Shown one piece after another: positions 56,394 through 64,000 of a DNA stretch of 64,000 nucleotides. Below the pieces are notes generated by a model that searched no databases, was not told the DNA's origin, and saw nothing but the letters and a program-made list of their open reading frames with translations. The DNA is taken from positions 10,496 through 74,495 of the forward strand of contig JBJEXC010000002.1 in NCBI GenBank assembly GCA_051885355.1, written 5' to 3'. The DNA is from Alphaproteobacteria bacterium (lineage in GTDB: Bacteria > Pseudomonadota > Alphaproteobacteria > Rs-D84 > CACZYB01). Numbering within the stretch: the first letter of the stretch is position 1; each line of letters begins with the position of its first letter. A program made the translations under genes and the position numbers.

Positions 56394-56477
56394 ATGAAGA
56401 CCATGAACAAGTTTTATTCTTTTCCTGAGAAAAAAAGGGAGAGGTTTTTGTTAGCCTCTCCCTTTGATTTTAGTTGA
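56394..56477 (+). pseudogene. gene-start fragment of the Cys-rich family (27-aa ORF MKTMNKFYSF…)
   Basis: Strong SD gggagggag followed by ATG…ATGAACAAG TTT TAT, paralleling the starts of the 54753 (MNKKFYIF) and 55237 (MNNRKYII) genes. It terminates after 27 codons. Confidence 0.3.
56430..56462 (-). terminator. rho-independent terminator of infB (minus strand)
   Basis: gggagagg…cctctccc 8-bp stem; on the minus strand it is followed by U7 (plus-strand aaaaaaa at 56430-56436). Confidence 0.55.
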
Positions 56478-56486
56478 TAGATTTTG

Positions 56487-58970
56487 TTAAAGAGTTGCCT
56501 TTACCTCTTCTACCTCAAAACATTCTAGGCGGTCGCCAACTTGGATATCGTTAAAGTTTTCAAATGAAATACCGCATTCCATACCGGAGCGGACTTCTTT
56601 CACATCGTCCTTCATACGTTTAAGTTGAGCAAGTTTGCCTTCGAATATAACTATGTTGTCGCGAAGCATACGAACTCCACAACCTTTTTTGACTATACCC
56701 TCGGTAACCTTACAGCCGGCAGCCTTTGCCTTTCCAGCATTGAATACTTGAAGGACATCGGCATAACCTATAAAGGTTTCCTTTGTAATAGGGGCAAGAA
56801 GACCTGACATAAGAACCTTTACATCATCAATAATGTTATAGATGATTGAGTAGTATCTTATATCCACTTCGTCATGGTGGGCTTGTTCCTTTGCATTTGT
56901 ATTTGCGCGAACATTGAAAGCGATGATAACTGCGCCAGTTGTTTTTGCAAGGGTTACATCGGATTCGTTTATACCACCAACACCGGAGTGCATAACTTTG
57001 ACCTGCACCTTTTCAGATGGAATTTTGATTAAAGATTCTGCAATTGCTTCGGCTGAACCTTGGGTATCTGCTTTAATAATAACAGGTAGGGTTTCTGCAC
57101 GCCCTTCCTTGATATTTTGGAAAAGTTCTTGCCAGTTGGATTTTTTCGCAATCATTTGGCGTTCCTTTTCCTTTCTTTTACGGTAATCGGATACTTCGCG
57201 GGCCTTTGCCTCTGATTCAACAACTACGAAATCGTCACCTGCAACAGGAGTTCCCTCAAATCCCAAAACTACAACTGGTTTTGATGGGGTTGCTTCGGTT
57301 ACTTTTTTTCCGTATTCATCAAGAAGTTCGCGAACGCGTCCGGTTGAGGAACCTGATACGAAAATGTCGCCCTTTTTAAGTGTTCCTTTTTGGATTAAGA
57401 TTGTTGCGATGGAACCTTTACCCTTTTCCATTTTTGCCTCTATCACAGCGCCCTTTACATTGCCGTTATAGTCAGCCTTTAATTCAAGCATATCTGCCTG
57501 TAAAAGGATAAGTTCTTCAAGTTTATCTAAGTTAATTTTTTGTTTTGCGGAGATTTCAACATCCAAAACTTCACCACCCATTTTTTCAACAACTACACCT
57601 TGTTGAAGAAGGTCCATACGAACCTTTTCTGGATTTGCATCAGGTAGGTCGATTTTGTTTATTGCAACTATCATTGGGACATTTGCAGCCTTTGCGTGGT
57701 TTATAGCCTCCACAGTTTGAGGCATAATACCGTCGTTTGCGGCAACAACCAAAATCACAATATCGGTGATGTTGACACCGCGGGCACGCATTGCGGAGAA
57801 AGCCTCATGTCCTGGAGTATCAATGAAAGTAATTTTTCTTCCGGATTTAGATTTGATTTGGTATGCACCTATGTGTTGGGTGATACCGCCTGCTTCACCA
57901 CTTACAACATCAGTTTTACGGAAAGCATCAAGAAGTGAGGTTTTACCGTGGTCAACATGTCCCATAACTGTGACAACTGGTGGACGAGATTCTAAGTTTT
58001 CGGATTTTGTATCCTCGGTTAAAATTTCCTTTTCTATATCGGAATCGGATACACGTTTTACGGTATGACCAAATTCCATTACAATAAGTTCGGCAGTGTC
58101 GGCATCAATTATTTGGTTGATTGTTGCCATAATGCCTAGTTTCATCATAGTTTTTATGACATCACTGCTTTTTTCAGCCATACGAATAGCAAGTTCCTTT
58201 ACGGAAATAGTTTCTGGAAGTATGACTTCGTGATAAGTTTTTACAACTTCCTTTGGTTCCTGACGTTCCATAAATTTACGGTATTGCTTTTCCTTTTGTC
58301 TTTTTATTGAGGCAAAAGAGCGACGTTTTTGATAAACACCGACAACTTCCATTGCGGAGGTAAGAGAGTTTGATGGACCTTCGGAAGATTCATCATCGTC
58401 GTCTTCGAAATCTAAATCACTGCTGGAAACTATGATATTAGAAAAGTTAATTTTTTTATTATCATAAGATTTCTTTTTGAAATTTTTTTCATCATCAGAG
58501 GATTTTGATTTTTTGTTTTTGTATTTGTCGTTATTATCTTCCTCTTCGTCATCATCTTCGTAAGAAGATTTGTTTTTGGATTTTTTCTTATCAGAATAGT
58601 TTTCCTTTGGGGAAGAAACTTCTTCTGGTAAAGATTCAGGAGTTGATAATTTTTCTTCCTCTTTCTTTTTATTTAATTCAATTTGTTCAAGACGTTCCTT
58701 TTCAAGAAGGGCGAGACGTTCTTGTTCTGCCTTTTGTATTATGGATTGTTCTTCCTTTGCCTCTTCTTCAAGACGTTTTGCATTCTCAAGGATATTTTTT
58801 AATTTATCTGTTTTTTGAGCATCAAATTTTGATTGTGCGGAATCAGTTTGAGAAGAGGTATTTTCAGCAGTTGAAAAAACACGTCTTTTCTTTATAACTT
58901 CAACTTCCACACCGTCCTTGCGAGGGGAAGATATTTTTGTTCCAAGTTTTAATGTTAATTTTCCAGCCAT
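56487..58970 (-). CDS. infB: translation initiation factor IF-2
   Basis: 827 aa; GTPase G-domain [28 protein letters not shown]; acidic/basic low-complexity N-terminus. Confidence 0.9.
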   Translation of the reverse strand: MAGKLTLKLGTKISSPRKDGVEVEVIKKRRVFSTAENTSSQTDSAQSKFDAQKTDKLKNILENAKRLEEEAKEEQSIIQKAEQERLALLEKERLEQIELNKKKEEEKLSTPESLPEEVSSPKENYSDKKKSKNKSSYEDDDEEEDNNDKYKNKKSKSSDDEKNFKKKSYDNKKINFSNIIVSSSDLDFEDDDDESSEGPSNSLTSAMEVVGVYQKRRSFASIKRQKEKQYRKFMERQEPKEVVKTYHEVILPETISVKELAIRMAEKSSDVIKTMMKLGIMATINQIIDADTAELIVMEFGHTVKRVSDSDIEKEILTEDTKSENLESRPPVVTVMGHVDHGKTSLLDAFRKTDVVSGEAGGITQHIGAYQIKSKSGRKITFIDTPGHEAFSAMRARGVNITDIVILVVAANDGIMPQTVEAINHAKAANVPMIVAINKIDLPDANPEKVRMDLLQQGVVVEKMGGEVLDVEISAKQKINLDKLEELILLQADMLELKADYNGNVKGAVIEAKMEKGKGSIATILIQKGTLKKGDIFVSGSSTGRVRELLDEYGKKVTEATPSKPVVVLGFEGTPVAGDDFVVVESEAKAREVSDYRKRKEKERQMIAKKSNWQELFQNIKEGRAETLPVIIKADTQGSAEAIAESLIKIPSEKVQVKVMHSGVGGINESDVTLAKTTGAVIIAFNVRANTNAKEQAHHDEVDIRYYSIIYNIIDDVKVLMSGLLAPITKETFIGYADVLQVFNAGKAKAAGCKVTEGIVKKGCGVRMLRDNIVIFEGKLAQLKRMKDDVKEVRSGMECGISFENFNDIQVGDRLECFEVEEVKATL

Positions 58971-58993
58971 TTAAATACCTCTTTTTTTTAAAA

Positions 58994-60538
58994 TTATTCC
59001 TTTTCAAACCAATGTGAACGAGCAGACATAATGATTTTTTCTGCATCCTTTTCACTGATTGTTTCTTCACCCAAAATTTCGACAAGTTCGTATGCGGCTA
59101 AATCTGCTAAATCATCAAGAGTTTTTACACCATTGTTTCCAAGGGTTAAAATCATATCAGATGTAAGTCCGTCGAATTGAGCAAGATTTTCATCAATACC
59201 GATTTTTTTGGATTCTTTATTAAATGTTGCTTTTTCTTTTTCCAAGAATTCTTTTGCACGGTTTTGAAGTTCGGTTGCTAAATCTTCGTCGAAGCCTTCG
59301 ATAGATTTAAGTTCATTGATATTTACGAGTGCGATTTCATCAATAGTTGTAAATCCTTCTGCAACAAGGAGATGTGCGATAACATCATCAATATCAAGAG
59401 CGTTGATGAATTTTTCAATACGTTCTTTTACATCCTTTTGACGTTTTTCAGATGATTGATCTTCGCTCATCACATCAATTCCCCAACCGAGAAGTTGAGA
59501 AGCGAGGCGGACATTTTGACCATGGCGACCAATTGCAAGAGAAAGTTGATCGTCCTCCACAATAGCGTCGATTTTCTTTGCTTCTTCATCAATGATAACT
59601 TTTGATACTTTTGCAGGAGATAATGCGTCAATTGCAAGAGCAGCAATGTTTGTAGTCCATTCTATGACATCAATTTTTTCACCAGCAAGTTCGTTCACTA
59701 TGTTTTGGATACGACTTCCTTTCATACCAACGCAAGCACCGACTGCGTCAATAGAACTGTCGCTAGCAAATACAGCAACTTTTGCACGAGAACCTGGGTC
59801 ACGAGCAACGGATTTTACTTCTATTGTGCCCTCATACACCTCTGGGATTTCGGCTTCAAAAAGTTTTGCCAAAAATAGAGGGTGTGAACGAGTAAGTAAA
59901 ATTTGGGAGGAATTGTTATCCCTTTTTACTTCTAAAATAAGGGCACGAATTCTGTCACCAACATGAAGGTTTTCGCGTGGAATAGTTTCGTTCCTTCTGA
60001 TTAAACCTTCTGCTTTACCATTTATATCAACATAAATGCTTCCGTATTCAACACGTTTTACAACACCATTTATGATAGTTGAAACTTTGTCTGCAAATTC
60101 GTTGTATTCTTTTTCCTTTTCTGCGGATTTGATTTTTTGAAGAACTATTTGGCGAACAGATTGGAAATTTGCACGTCCAAAATCAACAGGCAATAATTCT
60201 TCGTCAATGAAAGAGCCGATTTCTAATTCTTTATCAATTTTTTTTGCATCAGAAAGGCGCATCATTGTGTTAGAATCAAATTCAACTTCTTCGCCCATAT
60301 CATCAAGAATTTTATCGTCTGGCACAACAGTGATTCTTTTAAGAATGGTAATAGTTCCATCGCGACGATTGATGCTTGCGACTATATCATAATCGTATCC
60401 GTATTTATTTTTTGCAACCTTTTCAACGGCAGCCTCTAATGCCTTAAATACTATTTCAGCATCAATGTTTTTTTCACTGCTTACGCTTGTTGCGATTGCA
60501 ACTAATTCAGGGCGTGGTAAAGATAGTTTAGAAGTCAT
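58994..60538 (-). CDS. nusA: transcription termination/antitermination factor NusA
   Basis: 514 aa; S1 and tandem KH regions plus a C-terminal acidic repeat; rimP-nusA-infB order. Confidence 0.9.
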   Translation of the reverse strand: MTSKLSLPRPELVAIATSVSSEKNIDAEIVFKALEAAVEKVAKNKYGYDYDIVASINRRDGTITILKRITVVPDDKILDDMGEEVEFDSNTMMRLSDAKKIDKELEIGSFIDEELLPVDFGRANFQSVRQIVLQKIKSAEKEKEYNEFADKVSTIINGVVKRVEYGSIYVDINGKAEGLIRRNETIPRENLHVGDRIRALILEVKRDNNSSQILLTRSHPLFLAKLFEAEIPEVYEGTIEVKSVARDPGSRAKVAVFASDSSIDAVGACVGMKGSRIQNIVNELAGEKIDVIEWTTNIAALAIDALSPAKVSKVIIDEEAKKIDAIVEDDQLSLAIGRHGQNVRLASQLLGWGIDVMSEDQSSEKRQKDVKERIEKFINALDIDDVIAHLLVAEGFTTIDEIALVNINELKSIEGFDEDLATELQNRAKEFLEKEKATFNKESKKIGIDENLAQFDGLTSDMILTLGNNGVKTLDDLADLAAYELVEILGEETISEKDAEKIIMSARSHWFEKE

Positions 60539-60539
60539 T

Positions 60540-61061
60540 TTACTTTCCTTTCTTATTAGTTTGTTTGTTATTTCTTAAAATTTCTTTTATTAGTTCATCA
60601 GTGATGAGTAATTTTGCCTTTGCTACATTATCAAAATCAAAAGAGATGATTTGTTGGGTATCGTCCAAAAATGTATCAAGGAATATTGTTTGGTTTTCGA
60701 TATGGTTGATTTTGCCCTTGAAACGCTTTCTTTCATCATCAAGGTTTCGTGGCATTTTAAGTTCAACCTTTATATCGCGACCGATAAATTTTTCAAAGTC
60801 GGCAAGTTTTGTAAGAGGGCGGTCCATACCAGCAGAGCCAACCTCCAAAAAGTATTTTTCTTTTATTAAATCCTCTACATCAAGGGTGGCGGAGAAAGAT
60901 TTTGATAATTCTTCGCATTCATCAATAGTAGGAGATGAGCCGTCCTTTTTTTCAAGTAATATTTGAAGAGTTTTTTTGGTATAGGTTATTTGGACTATAT
61001 CCATATCTGCCTCATTCGCAAGAGGGGTTAAAACTTCTTCTATTTTTTCAGTTAATAGCAT
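60540..61061 (-). CDS. rimP: ribosome maturation factor RimP
   Basis: 173 aa, immediately upstream of nusA; RimP-like sequence (…YFLEVGSAGMDRPL…). Confidence 0.8.
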   Translation of the reverse strand: MLLTEKIEEVLTPLANEADMDIVQITYTKKTLQILLEKKDGSSPTIDECEELSKSFSATLDVEDLIKEKYFLEVGSAGMDRPLTKLADFEKFIGRDIKVELKMPRNLDDERKRFKGKINHIENQTIFLDTFLDDTQQIISFDFDNVAKAKLLITDELIKEILRNNKQTNKKGK

Positions 61062-61148
61062 TTTTACCTCAATATATTAAAAAAAGCGGGGCTTTAGGCT
61101 CCCACTCTTTGTTTTTGTAAGAATGTAAAGTTATTATAAATAGATTCC

Positions 61149-61177
61149 TTTACAAAATCAATAAAAAAATGTATAAT
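61149..61177 (+). promoter_or_regulatory. sigma70-like promoter upstream of clpP (extended -10)
   Basis: TTTACA, 17 bp, TGTATAAT; SD aaggag lies 7 nt before the clpP ATG. Confidence 0.5.
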
Positions 61178-61206
61178 TATTCATATTTTAACAAAAGGAG
61201 AAAATT

Positions 61207-61812
61207 ATGAATGAAATGATGGATTTAGTGCCAGTTGTTGTTGAACAAACAGGGCGTGGTGAAAGAAGTTATGATATTTTTTCACGACTTTTGAAAGAAA
61301 GAATTATCTTTTTAAATGGTGAGGTTAATGATACTTCGGCAAGTTTGATTGTTGCGCAACTTTTATTTTTAGAATCGGAAAATCCTGATAAAGATATATT
61401 TATGTATATAAATTCTCCGGGTGGAGTGATTACCTCTGGTATGGCAATTTATGATACTATGCAATATATAAAGCCGGATGTTGCAACACTTTGTATTGGA
61501 CAGGCTTGCTCTATGGGTTCATTTTTGCTTGCTGGTGGTGCAAAGGGTAAAAGATATGCTCTTCCAAATGCAAGGATTATGATACATCAACCTCTTGGTG
61601 GATTTCAAGGACAGGCAACAGATATTGAAATTCATGCGAAGGAAATACTTAATATAAGGCATAGAATGAATACACTTTATTCTTTCCATACTGGTCGTTC
61701 CTTGGAAGAAGTGGAGCGTGCTGTGGAAAGAGATAACTTTATGAGTGCGGAAGAGGCAAAAAACTTTGGTCTTATTGATAATGTTATTACAAATAGAGGC
61801 GATATAAAATAG
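61207..61812 (+). CDS. clpP: ATP-dependent Clp protease proteolytic subunit
   Basis: 201 aa; catalytic-triad context [11 protein letters not shown] (Ser) and IMIHQPLGG (His). Confidence 0.9.
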   Translation: MNEMMDLVPVVVEQTGRGERSYDIFSRLLKERIIFLNGEVNDTSASLIVAQLLFLESENPDKDIFMYINSPGGVITSGMAIYDTMQYIKPDVATLCIGQACSMGSFLLAGGAKGKRYALPNARIMIHQPLGGFQGQATDIEIHAKEILNIRHRMNTLYSFHTGRSLEEVERAVERDNFMSAEEAKNFGLIDNVITNRGDIK

Positions 61813-61846
61813 ATTTTGGCTATAACTTATAGAATAAGGGAAATTA

Positions 61847-61875
61847 TTGACTATATTCCCATTTTGATATATAAT
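61847..61875 (+). promoter_or_regulatory. sigma70-like promoter upstream of the OMP gene
   Basis: TTGACT, 17 bp, TATAAT. Confidence 0.45.
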
Positions 61876-61928
61876 TTAGTAGTAGTTTTTTTATAAAACT
61901 GCGTAATTTTAAGTAAAAGGAGAAAAAT

Positions 61929-62534
61929 ATGAATAAAAAATTACTTATTGCAAGTTTAGTTGTTTCTTCAATTGTTGGAACTTCTTTAAAGGCAGATGCT
62001 TTTTATGTTGGTGCTGGTGTCGGTTCATCAAAAACAAAAGTAAGAGTTGATGACCTTGATATAAAGGGTGATGAAAAAACAGCATTTTCTGTTTATTCTG
62101 GTATGGAAATTCCTCTACCTCTTATTCCAATAAGGGCTGAAATTGAATATTTACATCTTAAATCAGATAAAGATGGCAATGATGCAACAACTTATGGTGC
62201 TTCTGCAAATGCGTATGTGGGACTTCCTCTTCTTCCTATTATTAAACCTTATGTTGGTATGGGACTTGGTTATATGCAACAAGAGTTAAAAATGCCTCTT
62301 ATTGATGAAGATAATGGTTTAATTCTTGGTAAATTAAAGGATAAATCTGATTGGACTGTTGTTCCACAATATATGTTAGGTTTTGATATATCTTTACCAC
62401 TTATTCCAATAGCAGGTGGTGTTGAATATAGATATATTGATACTAAGTTTAAAGGATTTAATGATGACGATGGTGATTTTTCTGCTAAATCAAAAATCCA
62501 TACTTTCCTTGTAAAAGCAAGAGTTAAATTCTAA
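61929..62534 (+). CDS. small outer-membrane beta-barrel protein (OmpW/Opa-like porin family)
   Basis: Signal peptide, alternating hydrophobic beta-strand pattern, and a C-terminal aromatic residue (…RVKF). Confidence 0.5.
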   Translation: MNKKLLIASLVVSSIVGTSLKADAFYVGAGVGSSKTKVRVDDLDIKGDEKTAFSVYSGMEIPLPLIPIRAEIEYLHLKSDKDGNDATTYGASANAYVGLPLLPIIKPYVGMGLGYMQQELKMPLIDEDNGLILGKLKDKSDWTVVPQYMLGFDISLPLIPIAGGVEYRYIDTKFKGFNDDDGDFSAKSKIHTFLVKARVKF

Positions 62535-62560
62535 TAATAAATTTAAAAAATGAGAATTTA

Positions 62561-62587
62561 AGCTGTCCTTTGCGACAGCTTTTTTTA
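62561..62587 (+). terminator. rho-independent terminator
   Basis: agctgtc-ctttgc-gacagct hairpin followed by T7. Confidence 0.6.
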
Positions 62588-62640
62588 TTGCAGATAATGT
62601 TTTTATGTTTTAATATCTTTTTAGATAAGGAGAATGAAAA

Positions 62641-63423
62641 ATGATGAAGTTTGTTTTTATTTTTATGGTGCTGTTTTCTTCGTCTGTTATGGCGCAGGTT
62701 AATGATGATACTTTATCTAATATAGAAGCAAGAATAGATAGATTTGAGGAGTTGGTAAAAACTTTGACTTCTGAAATGGAAGAAAGTGGTTATAATCAAA
62801 AACAAGAAAATGGAAAAATTGAAGGACTAGTTAAGGAGTTAGATTTATCTGTTAAGGAATTAAAGAATGGTTTTGAGGCGTATGAAAATAGGGTGAAGAT
62901 GCTTGAAACCTCTAATGACTTGCTTATTAAAAAAATTGATAATATGGAGCAAGATATTTTAAGGATTGATGATTTTACTAAAACTATTCCAACAAAGGAG
63001 CCGTTGAGTTTGGTTGAAGGGAAGGCAAAATCTTCTCCTGCAGTTGTTTCTTCGAAATTGGAAGATGAATTGTTGGTGTTAAATAAAGAAAAAGAAGAGC
63101 GTGGAGAAAATTCGTCTGTTAATGTTGAAGAGAATAATGAATATAAAGATGCGCTTTCTTTTTATAATGATAAAAACTATACCGAATCGGCTATAAAGTT
63201 TGCGGAATTTATTAAAAAATATCCGGAAGGTGGTAATTTTTATTCGGCACTTTTATACCTTGGACTTTCTATGGCTGAGTTAAATAAAATTAATAATTCT
63301 TGTCAGGCGTTTGCAAATATTATAAATTCAAAAGAAGAAGTTGCTGACAAAGTTAAATTTAGAGCAAATACTGAGTTTGATAAGTTAAATTGTAAAAATT
63401 TGAATAGTAGAAATGGAAAATAG
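62641..63423 (+). CDS. ybgF: Tol-Pal system protein CpoB/YbgF-like (coiled-coil plus TPR)
   Basis: Signal peptide, N-terminal coiled-coil heptads, and a C-terminal TPR-like region (YKDALSFYNDKNYTESAIKFAEFIKKYP…). Confidence 0.6.
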   Translation: MMKFVFIFMVLFSSSVMAQVNDDTLSNIEARIDRFEELVKTLTSEMEESGYNQKQENGKIEGLVKELDLSVKELKNGFEAYENRVKMLETSNDLLIKKIDNMEQDILRIDDFTKTIPTKEPLSLVEGKAKSSPAVVSSKLEDELLVLNKEKEERGENSSVNVEENNEYKDALSFYNDKNYTESAIKFAEFIKKYPEGGNFYSALLYLGLSMAELNKINNSCQAFANIINSKEEVADKVKFRANTEFDKLNCKNLNSRNGK

Positions 63424-64000
63424 TAATATAGATATTTTGGAATTTTATGTTCAAGCGGGTGTGGATGAAACATATAATGATGTTCCATTTAATTTTTTAA
63501 GTTTGAAAAATGATGTCAGTGTGGCTGAAAACAAGCCTATACAAAAGGTGTTTGAGGAAAACTTTAAGGCAGATAATAGTCTTATTTCAATTTCCCAAAT
63601 ACATAAAATGGCGATGGATATTTGTTCCTCTGTTTCTTCTTTTGATGAATTAGAGGCGAAAATTAAGGAGTTTGATTATTGTCCGTTGAAGGCGAAAAGT
63701 TCATCTACTATTATTGGGTGCGGAAATAAGGTTAATCCGGATTTGTTAGTTTTAACGGAAATTCCAAATGCTGTGGAAGATAAAAGTGGGGAGGCTTTTA
63801 GTGGTGATACAGGGATACTTTTGGAAAAAATTTTGGGTGCGATAGGTTTGTCATTGCAACGGAATGTTTTTGCTATGCCTGTAATGTTTTATAGACCCGC
63901 TGGAGGAAGAATGCCAACATCGGAGGAAATGGATACTGTAAAGCCGTTTGTGTTTAAGGCTGTTGAGTTATTGAAAACTAAGGTAATTCTTACTATGGGG
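63413..64000 (+). CDS. uracil-DNA glycosylase family 4 protein, N-terminal part; continues beyond the window
   Basis: Open frame from ATG 63413 to the window end (196 codons). The IIGCGN…TEIPNAVEDKSGEAFSGDTG motif resembles the family-4 UDG GEAPG…F.G..G motif. Overlaps the ybgF stop by 11 nt. Confidence 0.55.
   Translation, partial: MENSNIDILEFYVQAGVDETYNDVPFNFLSLKNDVSVAENKPIQKVFEENFKADNSLISISQIHKMAMDICSSVSSFDELEAKIKEFDYCPLKAKSSSTIIGCGNKVNPDLLVLTEIPNAVEDKSGEAFSGDTGILLEKILGAIGLSLQRNVFAMPVMFYRPAGGRMPTSEEMDTVKPFVFKAVELLKTKVILTMG

Overview
This is an AT-rich (~30% GC) chromosomal window from an alphaproteobacterium, probably a Rickettsiales- or Holosporales-like intracellular lineage. Three things point that way: a Tim44-like gene next to secB, a CtrA box, and a Ros/MucR regulator upstream of virB3-virB4 (type IV secretion). 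Most of the window is conserved core gene neighbourhoods: frr-uppS-cdsA, infA-proS, ctpA-secF-gatC, rsmG(gidB)-parA-parB with a perfect parS site, lpxL-lpxC-ruvC, dnaN, tig, grpE, folD, a class A penicillin-binding protein, mnmG, ileS, rpsB-tsf, rimP-nusA-infB, and clpP. Five tRNA genes are present: two Gln, Leu-TAG, His and Leu-CAA.

The most interesting content is a paralogous family of secreted Cys-rich plus glycine-rich proteins (37484..39910 and the 54753..56477 locus). Their glycine-rich segments resemble, by eye, the polyglycine GlyR domain of ALK/LTK receptor kinases. The large paralog carries a G9 homopolymer in its 5' coding region, which is a candidate phase-variation tract. The second locus holds a truncated paralog, duplicated and inverted gene-start cassettes, a leader uORF and a UUCG hairpin, and lies next to tRNA-His/Leu with a tRNA 3'-end scar.

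Other points worth a second look:
- An AT-rich intergenic region after parB with three TTATNCACA DnaA boxes and a perfect CtrA box; this is a candidate oriC.
- A MucR homolog lacking three of the four zinc ligands, placed directly upstream of virB3-virB4.
- A Vat-like streptogramin acetyltransferase next to tRNA-Gln.
- An S41 peptidase (CtpA-like) whose catalytic Ser appears to be substituted.
- GrpE with a Cys/His-rich N-terminal extension.
- A radical SAM enzyme with a SPASM-like Cys-rich domain at the N-terminus.
- Short direct duplications of tRNA 3' ends, which look like att-site scars.

No rRNA, CRISPR array, or transposase was recognised.
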